DNA from: Candidatus Kerfeldbacteria bacterium
Lineage (GTDB): Bacteria; Patescibacteriota; Patescibacteriia; UBA9570; XYC2-FULL-38-9
Assembly (NCBI GenBank): GCA_043813585.1
Contig: JBDRKW010000005.1
Coordinates: 3,409-67,408 of the forward strand
DNA: 64,000 nt
Direction: 5' to 3'
The notes beneath the pieces were generated by a model. The model had not been told where the DNA came from and did not search any database. It saw nothing but the letters and a program-made list of their open reading frames with translations. The first letter of the stretch is position 1, and every line of letters begins with the position of its first letter. Made by a program: the position numbers and the translations under genes. Below are positions 48,246 to 58,053 of this stretch, one piece after another.

Positions 48246-51200
48246 CTATCCGCGTGCGCGGTCGCCGACTTTTTTACACCGACTCAGGATAATTTCAGCC
48301 CACGACAGGAATACCGGAAGGATGATCAGCGTTCCCGCGGTCGCGCAGATAAGCCCGGCAATCAGGGCAGTGCCAAGCCCGCGCCAGAATGGATCCATAA
48401 TGGTGAGCGGCAGGATGCCGAATACGGTTGTAATGGAGGTGGAGAGAATTGGTTTGAAGCGCGCGCGTCCTGTTTCCACCAGGTCCTGCGCCATGGTCTT
48501 CAACCCTTTACCCTTGATGCGGTTGTAATAGTCCATGAACACAATCGCGTCATTCACCACAATGCCAACCAGTGCGATAATCCCGAGCCCTGAAACCATA
48601 TTAATCGAACTGCCGATGTAATACAGCGCCGGGAAGACGCCGATCATCGCAAGCGGCACCGCAAGCATGATCAGGCCCGGCTGCAGGAAGGAGTTGAACT
48701 GGTACACGAGGATCAAGTACACAGCTATCACGGCAATGATGAAGACAATTACGAGATTATCAAAGCTTTCGTTAATGGATGCGGTGAAGCCGCCGTATGC
48801 AATATCGTCAGCAGACAGGTTGAACTGTTCCAGGTGCCCGTCATTCAGGTACTCTTTAATATCACTTTCAACAACCGCAGCATCCGTGTTCTCGTCGACC
48901 TTCACCCGTACGGCAACCATGCGCAGCTGGTTTAAGCGTGAGATGGAACGCAGCGTCTGCTCGGTGCGGACATCCGCGATATCCTGCACTGTAACAAGCT
49001 CCGGCGGAAAGCCGCCGGCAACGCCGACAACCAGTCCGTTAATGTCGTCAACGGATGTTTTCGAATCTTCCGAATACTCGACAATAATGTCATCAGAGAC
49101 GCCGTCGTCGCGCACCACAATCGATCCGACCGTCTGCTTGCTGAAGACGCTGTTGATCACCGCGCTTGCCACAAACGGATCAACGCCTTTTTCTTCGAGC
49201 GCCTCGCTGTCGAGATCCACCGTTATGCCTTCAACCGCGTCATCCTCAGAACTTACCGCGACTTCCGTAACCCCCTCCTTTGAAAGCGCCCATTCCTTCA
49301 GGTCGGCGGCCGCTTCATCAAGGCCTTCGAAATGCTGGCCGCGCATCTCAATAACTACATCGTATTCTTCTTCCGGAGGCCCAATTCCAAGTGGGCTGGT
49401 TTTAACGGCCACGCCTTCCTTGTCCAGGAGTTTTTGCTCGTTGGCCACCAGCCGGTCCATCTCTTCGACGATTGTGAAGACATCATCGCCTTCCGCGCGT
49501 TCATTTGGATCTTCAAGGATAACCAGGAACTGCCCTTCAAACTGGTAATAGCTTTTAAAATACGGGGTTTTGACCGTCTGCGCCATGACCTTGCTGACAA
49601 TATCGGATTGCTTTTCAAAGCTCAATGTTGCAGGGAACTTAAAGTTCACGGAAACAATATTGCCGTCGTCTGTCGGCAGCAGCAGGATTTCACTGCGGAC
49701 TGCGTATGCGCCGATGCTCACGCCCAGCAGTACGACAGCGGCCACCACAACAGTGATTTTCTTCCAGAGGTTGCTGTAGACGGATGCCATCATCCGGGCA
49801 TAGTGCTCTTCAAGCAAGTCGATGCTGCGTTGTCCGTAGTGCACGATTGCCGGCAGCACGGTCACCATTTGCCATATGGGGAGCTTCTTGCTCAGGCGCT
49901 GTTCCTTTGTCTGTTCCTTCAGGAGCAACCGCGCCATCACCGGCATGACCGTAATCGCCAGTAGGTACGACACGACCAGCATGATGATAATGGTAATCGG
50001 AACATACTTGAGGAACTCGCCGATCAATCCGCCGATCATCGCAAACGGGATGAACGCAACAATCGTCGTCAGCGTTGCAGTCGTAATCGCCGGCCCGTAA
50101 TTCTTCACCGTTTCAATGACTGCTTCGCGCTTTTTCTTGCCTGCATCAAGCGCATGGTTCACGCCTTCCCCGATGACAATGGCGTTATCGACGAGAATAC
50201 CAAGCACCAACAACAACCCGAACAGCGTCATGATGTTGATGGTGAAGCCGATGAAGTAGAGGACGCCCAGCGTCGCAAGGAACGCGAGCGGGATAATGGT
50301 CGCGACTGCAATGCCGGTGCGCAGGTTGATGAAGAACATTAGAACCACAAGAATCAGAATCAAACCCAGCCATCCGTTATAGAGCAGGTCGCTGATCTGC
50401 TGCTGCGTATATTCGGAATTGTCATAAACGAGCGAAAGCGCCATGCCTTCGGGAAGCGATCCGTCTTCTTCAATCTGCTCAACCTCGCTCTTCAGATCAT
50501 TGGCAATGGTGATAATATCTCCATCGTCCTTTTTCATCACTTCCAGGTACACCGCCTCTTTGGATACCGGGTTTCCGTCACTGTCAATAAAGCCGGCGTA
50601 GCTCAACTGTTCCTGTTCTTTCGGCTCCCGGACGATCTCTGCAATTTCGCTCAAGGCGACGCCGTTGATTTCGATCTCTTTAATATCGTCAAGCGAGCGC
50701 GCCGACGGTTCAATGCTGATCGCAAGCGTCTCGCCCGAGTCATTGGTGATGGAACCTCCGGGCAGCGACGCGATCGCAGACCGGATCGCATCCGTAACCT
50801 GCTGGGACTGGAGGTTGTTGTCATTCATTTTTTCCGCGTCCAGCCGGACAAACACCACAAATTCGTTCTTCGGTGCGATGTCAATCCTTTTTACGTCATC
50901 TGATGCGTTCAGCAGCCGTTCGCGGAGCTGTTCCGCTTCCGCGAGGATCTTCGCCTTGTCAGCGCCGCCGTTTGAAAGGGCATACACCACGGATGGCCCG
51001 GCGACGTCGTAGATTTTCGCTGTCGTTTCCACATCAGCCGGCAACCCTGCCTGCGCGATCATATCTTCAATATTGGATACAATCTCCTTCTGGTTGTTGA
51101 AATCATCCAGCTCGATGAAGAGGGAGGCAAAGTTGTTGGAAGCGCTCGACCGGATGAGCTTGACGCCCTCAACATCAGTGATCAGCTGTTCGACCGGCGC

Positions 51201-51413
51201 CAAGATCTCCTGCTCAACATCTTCTGCGGACGCGCCGGGATAGATCGACTGGACAAAGACATAATTGGATTGAATCGGCGGGAAATCCTGCCGCTGGTTG
51301 TTTAAAACGCCCCAGATGCCGGCAATCGAAATGGCAATAATAAGGAGAACTGTCGTCTTGTATCTGGTGATGAAGAATGACGACCATTTTGCGAAAAATC
51401 CTTTCAGTTCCAT
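48246..51413 (-). CDS. RND efflux transporter permease (AcrB/AcrD/AcrF family)
   Basis: YPGASAEDVE, GILVDNAIVI.E, GIVVNDAIV, RFKPILST. Confidence 0.95.
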   Translation of the reverse strand: MELKGFFAKWSSFFITRYKTTVLLIIAISIAGIWGVLNNQRQDFPPIQSNYVFVQSIYPGASAEDVEQEILAPVEQLITDVEGVKLIRSSASNNFASLFIELDDFNNQKEIVSNIEDMIAQAGLPADVETTAKIYDVAGPSVVYALSNGGADKAKILAEAEQLRERLLNASDDVKRIDIAPKNEFVVFVRLDAEKMNDNNLQSQQVTDAIRSAIASLPGGSITNDSGETLAISIEPSARSLDDIKEIEINGVALSEIAEIVREPKEQEQLSYAGFIDSDGNPVSKEAVYLEVMKKDDGDIITIANDLKSEVEQIEEDGSLPEGMALSLVYDNSEYTQQQISDLLYNGWLGLILILVVLMFFINLRTGIAVATIIPLAFLATLGVLYFIGFTINIMTLFGLLLVLGILVDNAIVIGEGVNHALDAGKKKREAVIETVKNYGPAITTATLTTIVAFIPFAMIGGLIGEFLKYVPITIIIMLVVSYLLAITVMPVMARLLLKEQTKEQRLSKKLPIWQMVTVLPAIVHYGQRSIDLLEEHYARMMASVYSNLWKKITVVVAAVVLLGVSIGAYAVRSEILLLPTDDGNIVSVNFKFPATLSFEKQSDIVSKVMAQTVKTPYFKSYYQFEGQFLVILEDPNERAEGDDVFTIVEEMDRLVANEQKLLDKEGVAVKTSPLGIGPPEEEYDVVIEMRGQHFEGLDEAAADLKEWALSKEGVTEVAVSSEDDAVEGITVDLDSEALEEKGVDPFVASAVINSVFSKQTVGSIVVRDDGVSDDIIVEYSEDSKTSVDDINGLVVGVAGGFPPELVTVQDIADVRTEQTLRSISRLNQLRMVAVRVKVDENTDAAVVESDIKEYLNDGHLEQFNLSADDIAYGGFTASINESFDNLVIVFIIAVIAVYLILVYQFNSFLQPGLIMLAVPLAMIGVFPALYYIGSSINMVSGLGIIALVGIVVNDAIVFMDYYNRIKGKGLKTMAQDLVETGRARFKPILSTSITTVFGILPLTIMDPFWRGLGTALIAGLICATAGTLIILPVFLSWAEIILSRCKKVGDRARG

Positions 51414-51506
51414 AGAGTGAATATTATATGTAAAACTGAACTAGTATAGTCATGCCCGACGAAAAAAGCAAGGCGCGCGACCCTGCTTTTTTGCAATAGA
51501 AACCGG

Positions 51507-51998
51507 TTATATTGTTTTCTTCTTGGCAATCATTTTTATGATGATGCTGACGATCAATGCCGACAGGTAGAACAGCGCGCCGTAGAAACACGGGGTCGAG
51601 AACGGGTTATCGACAACTACGCCCGAGCAGCCGGCAGTCGGCGCCATGTCGTTCTGCCAGAACTTGTAGAAGCCCCAGCCAAAGTTGCCCCAGGCAAACA
51701 GCGTGCCGGCAAGCAGCAGCCAGAACAGCCGCTTATGCTGCAGCATTTTCTGGTCGAGTTTTTTCCGGAGAATGATTATCGACCAGACAAGGGCGATTAA
51801 AAATGCGATCGCTCCATAGAAACATGGAGTCGCCAGCGGATTCGGAACGATGCAATCGGTGAATTTGAAGAATGACCCTTCATATTGATAGTGGCGCGCG
51901 AAGTCGCCGTAGACGGTGTACCAGGCAAAAATGGTCCCGCCAAGCAGGACAAGCGTTTGCAATGGGTACAATACTTTGAGAGCTTTGGACATATGCAT
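51507..51998 (-). CDS. Four-TM membrane protein with duplicated Cys motifs (DsbB/VKOR-like?)
   Basis: Two repeats of GT.FAW...C...NP..TPCFYGA. Confidence 0.7.
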   Translation of the reverse strand: MHMSKALKVLYPLQTLVLLGGTIFAWYTVYGDFARHYQYEGSFFKFTDCIVPNPLATPCFYGAIAFLIALVWSIIILRKKLDQKMLQHKRLFWLLLAGTLFAWGNFGWGFYKFWQNDMAPTAGCSGVVVDNPFSTPCFYGALFYLSALIVSIIIKMIAKKKTI

Positions 51999-52019
51999 TA
52001 TTTATTTATTAATGTTTCC

Positions 52020-52913
52020 TTACTGAGCCGTGAAGTCCACGGTGTCAGCATCTTTCCATCCGTCAACAACGTAGTAGGTGTCTTCTGTTTCGGCAGCCGT
52101 CGTTTGTTCTCCGGATTCAATATTGATGATAATCACAACGCCGGCCTCGCCTTCCGGTTCGCCGATCGCCGCTCCGTAGGCGATTTTTGTCCCGTCAGGG
52201 GAAAAGACCGCATCGCCGACCTGGTTGTATTTCTCGTCAACCGGGAATTCCTGTTCCGATTCGTCTTCCAGATTGCGTACGATAACCGAGCGTGAAACGG
52301 TATCCCCAAGATTCACTTTGATATACGCCATCATTGAGCCGTCAGAAGAGATGTCGGCAATAAATCCTTCAACCACTGTTTTTGTGAGTTTGTCTGTGGC
52401 GAAGTTGAGCCGGTACATCGACTCCGGCCCCCAATAGAGGATATACCCGCCTAAGCCGGTCCTGCTCAACCCAATATATACATCCTCGTTTGTCAGCGAC
52501 AGGATAGACACATCCGTTTCACCGTCGGTTTCAAATGTTGCCCGCTCCGTGCCGTCAACCGTAATGGTGAATTCCGTAAACTCTTCATTGCTGGTAAGCC
52601 GGACAAGCGGTTTTTCCGCCGGCACTGTTTCAGAATCCGGCTTTTCTGCATCACCATCAGATTTTTCCTGGCTGCCGTCTTCGTCGCTGTTCTTCGGCGC
52701 TGCATTTACATTTGCGTTTGTGTTCGTTTTTTCGCCAGACCTATTTGTAGCGCCTCTATTCAATGCGGGTTCAGCAGAAACAGTAGGTTCCGGTTCCTGG
52801 AATTCCAGCACCGGCGGGTCCATGGTCTGAAATTCCCAGTACACGACAATACCAGCCAATGCCAATACTGCCACAAGGAACACAATGCTTAAGATAGGCA
52901 CATTTTTTTTCAT
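52020..52913 (-). CDS. Membrane-anchored protein with TolB-like repeats
   Basis: N-terminal TM; ISSDG, FSPDGTKIAY. Confidence 0.75.
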   Translation of the reverse strand: MKKNVPILSIVFLVAVLALAGIVVYWEFQTMDPPVLEFQEPEPTVSAEPALNRGATNRSGEKTNTNANVNAAPKNSDEDGSQEKSDGDAEKPDSETVPAEKPLVRLTSNEEFTEFTITVDGTERATFETDGETDVSILSLTNEDVYIGLSRTGLGGYILYWGPESMYRLNFATDKLTKTVVEGFIADISSDGSMMAYIKVNLGDTVSRSVIVRNLEDESEQEFPVDEKYNQVGDAVFSPDGTKIAYGAAIGEPEGEAGVVIIINIESGEQTTAAETEDTYYVVDGWKDADTVDFTAQ

Positions 52914-53004
52914 ATATTTTTGTTTATGAATGCGATACCGTCATATAGTGTACACGGAACACTTTCGTTGGTAAAGACAGCGCGTTCCATGGTATTATAG
53001 GGGC

Positions 53005-54735
53005 ATGAAACGCCTGATACTCACCGGGTGTGCCCTCCTGCTTCTCATGCTTCTGCCCGCAGGAGCGCATGCAAAAGGAGAGCCCATAAAACAAGCATTC
53101 GGGGCCAATATCCACCTGCGCCAGCGCATTGACGAAAGCGACTGGGACGTTGTGTTGCGTAAAGCGGAAAACGCCGGCGTGCAGTGGGGACGCGAAGAGT
53201 TTTCCTGGGATGTTATTGAGCCCGCGGACAATTCATTTTCCTGGGCCGCCTATGACAGCGTTGTTGACGCCTACGAAGCCCGGGGAATCCGGATGGTGGG
53301 CCTGCTTTCTTACAGTTCATCTTGGGCATCCGACTTGCCGGGGTCCTCGGACTCGGAGTTTTATCCGCCGGACATTAAAGCGTGGAAGGATTATGTCGGC
53401 CGGGCGGCCAAGCGTTATGCGGGACGGGTAGACCACTGGGAAATCTGGAACGAGCCGAACCACGCCGGGTTCTGGAAAGGGTCACTCAGTGAATATGCGA
53501 CGTTATTGGAAGCGGCGTCTGTCGCTATTAAAGAAGAGAATCCAAACGCGAAGATCGTACTCGGCGGACTGTCGGGCGCGGACAGCGACTTTATAGACAA
53601 ACTCTACGACGAGCTGGATAATCCGGATATTATTGATATCGTCGCCATCCATCCCTACCGTGAAAAAAGCGGCAACTTCAACTACGCGCCGGAAGAATCG
53701 CTGACTGGACTGAATTTGCTGATGACGGATTTATATAATGTGAAGGCTGCAGTGGAGCGCAACGACAGCAACTCGACGCCGATCTGGCTGACCGAACTCG
53801 GATGGACGACCTACAAAAACGGCGTAACGGACAAGCGCCAGGCCGCGTTCCTCATGCGCGCGTATGCCATCGCCCTTTCCGTGCCAACTGTTAAGAAGGT
53901 GTTCTGGTATGCGTTGAACGATACCTCATCCGACACGTCGTACGCTGAAGCGCATTTTGGCCTGCTCGACCATGCGAATGCAAGGAAAACGTCATGGCAT
54001 GCCTACAAGTTCATGAGGAGCTACCTGACCAGGGCGCGGTCGAACGGACAGCGCCTGCCGAAGCAGCAGAAGGTTGATGATTTTTCATCCAACAAGGGCT
54101 GGGAGTTTTCCGGAACCGTCTGCACGGACGGGTCGGTCACCGTGCCCTCTGACGGCCGGATGAAGGTTTCGTACGCGTATACGGGGCCTGGCAACTGCTA
54201 CGCGCCGGTTGCGCTGCGGAAGCAGCTGCCGGAACAGTCGAAAGTGCTGCAATTCAAGGCTCGCGGTTCGAGCGACCACACGACGCTTCGCGTGCGCGTT
54301 ACGGACCGGTGGGGTGAAACGTTCCAGTATACGCTTGGCCAGCTTCCTGACCGGTGGCTGCACTACACCATTCAGCTGAACAGTTACAACGACCGGTGGG
54401 GCGGCGATAACGACGGCGCGCTGGATCGGCCGCTGACGTTCAATTCGTTTGTCCTGGATAATAAGGACGGCGCCAAGGAGAGCGGCACCGTTTATTTTGA
54501 CAATCTGTATTCTTCACGCGTTCCCGACACCTACCTGTACAAGTTCCGAAAGAACAGGAGGTCGCGGTATGCGTACTGGACAACCACCAAACCGAAGGCT
54601 CTGGAGCTGAACCTCGCAGGGGACACCGCGATACGCGTCAAACGGCTGCTGAAGTCCAGCATACGGAAGAACAATTCCAACGGATTGTTCCGGGTGCGCG
54701 CAACAAAGATCCTGAAAATAATCCAGGCGCTGTAG
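53005..54735 (+). CDS. Clan GH-A glycoside hydrolase (GH5/GH39-like) with CBM-like domain
   Basis: Signal peptide; WEIWNEPN acid/base, IHPY, PIWLTELGW nucleophile. Confidence 0.88.
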   Translation: MKRLILTGCALLLLMLLPAGAHAKGEPIKQAFGANIHLRQRIDESDWDVVLRKAENAGVQWGREEFSWDVIEPADNSFSWAAYDSVVDAYEARGIRMVGLLSYSSSWASDLPGSSDSEFYPPDIKAWKDYVGRAAKRYAGRVDHWEIWNEPNHAGFWKGSLSEYATLLEAASVAIKEENPNAKIVLGGLSGADSDFIDKLYDELDNPDIIDIVAIHPYREKSGNFNYAPEESLTGLNLLMTDLYNVKAAVERNDSNSTPIWLTELGWTTYKNGVTDKRQAAFLMRAYAIALSVPTVKKVFWYALNDTSSDTSYAEAHFGLLDHANARKTSWHAYKFMRSYLTRARSNGQRLPKQQKVDDFSSNKGWEFSGTVCTDGSVTVPSDGRMKVSYAYTGPGNCYAPVALRKQLPEQSKVLQFKARGSSDHTTLRVRVTDRWGETFQYTLGQLPDRWLHYTIQLNSYNDRWGGDNDGALDRPLTFNSFVLDNKDGAKESGTVYFDNLYSSRVPDTYLYKFRKNRRSRYAYWTTTKPKALELNLAGDTAIRVKRLLKSSIRKNNSNGLFRVRATKILKIIQAL

Positions 54736-54767
54736 CGGCGGCTGTTTGCCGGGGGCAGGTTGCAGTC

Positions 54768-54819
54768 AAACAGGGCAATGCCCTGTTTTTTTGACACTGC
54801 GCCTTGTTTTCCGTACCAT
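54768..54819 (+). promoter_or_regulatory. Terminator whose T-tract runs into the purM promoter
   Basis: AAACAGGGC-AAT-GCCCTGTTT then TTGACA(54791)-17-TACCAT. Confidence 0.7.
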
Positions 54820-54875
54820 GGTACGGCTCTGTGAAAAAACAACATCTTTCGGGAAACCGGAAAGGAGTCAGGTAG

Positions 54876-55934
54876 ATGACCCAGTCGAAAGCGTATTCGG
54901 ATGCCGGCGTGGACATCGACGCGGGCGAGAGGTTCGCCGACATGATCAAGGCGCTGGTGGCCAAGGCCTGGGGGAGCGGCGACGAGATCGGCGGGTTCGC
55001 CGGCGGCGGACCGATCCCCCTCAAGGTCAGGAAGGTCGCGGGGTCGGTGGACGGCACCGGCACCAAGGCCATCCTCGCCGCGCTCGCCAACAACCACGAC
55101 GGCATCGGCATCGACGCGGTGGCGATGGGTGCGGTGGACATGTACGTGGCCGGCTACAGCCCCGCGTTCGCCCTGGACGTGCTGAACGTGGCCGCGCTGG
55201 TCCCGAACCGGCACATCCAGGTGATCGAGAGCGTCATCCGCGGCTGCCAGATGTGCGGCTGCCGGCTGATCGGAGGCGAGACGGCCGAACTGCCCGACAT
55301 GTTCCCGGCCAACTGGATGTTCAACCTCGACGTCACGGTCATCGGTTTCGACAACCCGGACGCGGGCGAGGCGCTGCCGGTGGAGCCGGGCCAGCTGGTG
55401 CTCGGCTGGAACTCGAACGGCGTGGCGAGCAACGGCTTCTCGCTCGTGCGCAAGATCTTCGGTTTCAAGGGGCCGGACTGGAGACCGGTCAGGGAAATGC
55501 TCGCGTGCGAGTACGACCAGCTGGACGGAGAGCCGATCTCCAGGCACCTCCTGCGGCCGACCCCTATCTGGATCCCCAACGTGGAGACGCAGAAGCTCCG
55601 CGGCGTCGAGTTCAGCCGGCACGCCCACATCACCGGCGGCGGCCTGCCCGGCAATATCCCGCGCATCCTCCCGCCCCACTGCAGGGTGATGCTCGACCGC
55701 AGCGCATGGACGCGGCCGCCCATCTTCCGGCTCATCCAGGACCGGGGAGGCCTGGCGGACGAAGAGATGGACCCGGTGTTCAACCAGGGCATCATGATGG
55801 TCAGCCTGGTCCCCAGGGACGGAGTGCAGTGCAACGACCCCAACGCCCGGGTGATCGGCATGGTCCAGCACCGGGAGGGCAACGAGCCGCAGGTCAAGCT
55901 GGTCAACCGCTTCCCTGACGATTGCGGCGACTGA
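54876..55934 (+). CDS. purM: Phosphoribosylformylglycinamidine cyclo-ligase (AIR synthetase)-like protein, divergent
   Basis: Y..AGVDI.AG, DG.GTK, GID.VAM, LIGGETAELP, SNGFSLVR, AHITGGGL, FN.G. Confidence 0.85.
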   Translation: MTQSKAYSDAGVDIDAGERFADMIKALVAKAWGSGDEIGGFAGGGPIPLKVRKVAGSVDGTGTKAILAALANNHDGIGIDAVAMGAVDMYVAGYSPAFALDVLNVAALVPNRHIQVIESVIRGCQMCGCRLIGGETAELPDMFPANWMFNLDVTVIGFDNPDAGEALPVEPGQLVLGWNSNGVASNGFSLVRKIFGFKGPDWRPVREMLACEYDQLDGEPISRHLLRPTPIWIPNVETQKLRGVEFSRHAHITGGGLPGNIPRILPPHCRVMLDRSAWTRPPIFRLIQDRGGLADEEMDPVFNQGIMMVSLVPRDGVQCNDPNARVIGMVQHREGNEPQVKLVNRFPDDCGD

Positions 55935-56060
55935 CACGCAGAACAACAACACCGCCAAGGGGCGGCAGACACAAACCGACCTGCAGCACACGGCTCAGGC
56001 GGTTCTTTTTTTACGGAAAACCCTTGTAAAACGGGGATAGAGCCCGTACAATGCAACAGT

Positions 56061-58043
56061 ATGAGTGAAGTGCATAAACAGCTTTCCGCCTTCCGACGGT
56101 TTCCCTATGCCATGGGCGTGATTATGCTCGCCGGTCTGGCGTATTGCGTGCTGGCGTTCGGCATAACGTTTTTGGGCGATGACTGGCGGTATCTGTATGA
56201 ACTATCCAGCGCGGCCCGCCTGCTGCAGTTTGTAACAGACCCATTTGTGACGTCGTTTGCCTGGCGGCCGCTTACCGACCTGGTCTGGGTAATTGATTAT
56301 TCGGTTTGGGGAAGCTGGGCGCCCGGCTACCACCTGACAAACCTCCTGATTTTTTTTGCCACGACCTACCTGTTGTTCGCGATCATCAACCAGATCGCGA
56401 CAAAGCGCATCGCCGTGTACGCGGCCATGCTTTTTTTCATTATGCCGACGCACTGGGAGAATATCATCTGGCTCGCCGGCCGCACCGACACGCTCGCGAT
56501 CCTGTTTGCGCTCGCATCGATCCTGCTGTTCATTTTTTACCGGCAACATAAATCCTGGTGGCTGATTGCGCTGTCGCTTTTAGCATTTGCACTGTCCTTG
56601 CTCGCGAAAGAATCAGCCGTGCTCACGCCGGCGGGTATTCTTCTGGTTGATATCCTGTTTCTTGGACAGAAAAAAGAAAAGGGAAATCAGCAAAACGTCA
56701 GCACCATGCTGAAGCGTGCAGCCAAACAGTACTGGAGTTACATCGCGTTTGGATTCCTTGTCCTGGGATTATTGTTCGCGCGTTCGCTCATCATCGGGGA
56801 CGTCATTGCGAAGGATTCTTCGTTCATAAACTCCATTGCGCTGCTGCCGACGTTCGAAACGATCCGCCTTGTCATCAGCCTGTCCACGCTGCAGCTCAAC
56901 TTTTCAATATTGAATGACGTTTCCGAGTGGTTCCGTTCGTTGTGGGGCGGTGCGCATAACTGGATCGTCTTTGCCTACCTCGGTATCATCCTCCTCCTGC
57001 AGATCCGCTCATGGAAGCAGCGGCAGTTCTGGCGCCTTATCCTGCTCGGCGTCGCAGTTATGGTGCTGTATATTGCGCCGGTCCATTTCTTGCTCGAAAA
57101 CATCACCACCGAACTCAAACACATCCGTTTTTTTTACGCGTACTCCATCGGTGACGCTATTTTCCTCGGTGCGCTGCTCGGGTATGAGACCGTGCGCCAG
57201 GAAGGAGCGAAATACCTGGTACGGATCGGACTGTTTGCCATCACGGCGTTTTTCATCTTTGGTTCTGTGATCAATTTTATCCCCTGGAAGAATGCCAGCG
57301 ACCAGAGCCATGTGGTCATCAACCAGCTGGGCGTGCAATACCCCAACCTTGTTGTCGCCCAAGAGCCGCAGACAGTGTACGTTATCAGCACGCCGGGCGA
57401 GATGCAGGGCGCCTACATGTTCCACGACTACCTGAGCCTGCACCAGGCCATGGCGATGAACTACGGCAACCCAAACCTCGAGGTCTTTGCCGTGGGCGCG
57501 CATGCGTTCGAACCCGCGCCGTTCTGCGGCGACAGTGAACGCACGGTAACGGTCCTTAAATGGCACAAGAAGAAATACACCGACGAGCAGTATCTTGCAG
57601 ACCAGTGGGGGGAGGATCCGGGCGATACGGCGCGCTCGTTTACCGGATACAATGAAATCATGAAGTCGGGCTGGTTTGTGCAGGATGCGGAGATTATCAG
57701 CGACGAAGGCCGGCTGCGACTGACGAACCTTGGCGAAACGCCTCGCCTGTACTACAATCTGCCGGACGGATCGTTTGCCCGCGACTGGCGCAATGCCGTC
57801 ATTTCCATGCAGGACGAGAACGGCGATCCGGTCGAGCGGTCGGCGTTTATCTGGCGGCCGGCAAAAGCGGAATCGTTCAGCCAGTTCAGCCGCATCGAAC
57901 TGCCGGAAGACACGGACGCGCAGCTGCGCCTGTGCGCCTACCCAAACTGGATTATCGGGGGAAAGCTGAACGCAATCGCGTTCCAGTTCCCCTCACATTA
58001 TGGCCATGACATCATCATCAACACCATCAGCTTCACACGATAA
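56061..58043 (+). CDS. GT-C (PMT/TMTC-like) glycosyltransferase
   Basis: GDDW, WRPL, GYHLTN, H.E...W..GR, KES. Confidence 0.85.
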   Translation: MSEVHKQLSAFRRFPYAMGVIMLAGLAYCVLAFGITFLGDDWRYLYELSSAARLLQFVTDPFVTSFAWRPLTDLVWVIDYSVWGSWAPGYHLTNLLIFFATTYLLFAIINQIATKRIAVYAAMLFFIMPTHWENIIWLAGRTDTLAILFALASILLFIFYRQHKSWWLIALSLLAFALSLLAKESAVLTPAGILLVDILFLGQKKEKGNQQNVSTMLKRAAKQYWSYIAFGFLVLGLLFARSLIIGDVIAKDSSFINSIALLPTFETIRLVISLSTLQLNFSILNDVSEWFRSLWGGAHNWIVFAYLGIILLLQIRSWKQRQFWRLILLGVAVMVLYIAPVHFLLENITTELKHIRFFYAYSIGDAIFLGALLGYETVRQEGAKYLVRIGLFAITAFFIFGSVINFIPWKNASDQSHVVINQLGVQYPNLVVAQEPQTVYVISTPGEMQGAYMFHDYLSLHQAMAMNYGNPNLEVFAVGAHAFEPAPFCGDSERTVTVLKWHKKKYTDEQYLADQWGEDPGDTARSFTGYNEIMKSGWFVQDAEIISDEGRLRLTNLGETPRLYYNLPDGSFARDWRNAVISMQDENGDPVERSAFIWRPAKAESFSQFSRIELPEDTDAQLRLCAYPNWIIGGKLNAIAFQFPSHYGHDIIINTISFTR

Positions 58044-58053
58044 AAAGCCGGCA

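Noticed and set aside
51507-51998. The missing exosortase (contains CSG)
   Set aside because: No downstream N..R and His motifs; it is an internal duplication with TPCFYG instead
54531-56056. Long alternative-frame ORFs over the GC-rich genes (486, 390, 300 aa; also 9012-9965 and 24721-25467)
   Set aside because: Shadow ORFs caused by high GC3; Arg/Pro/Gly-biased or antisense in-register
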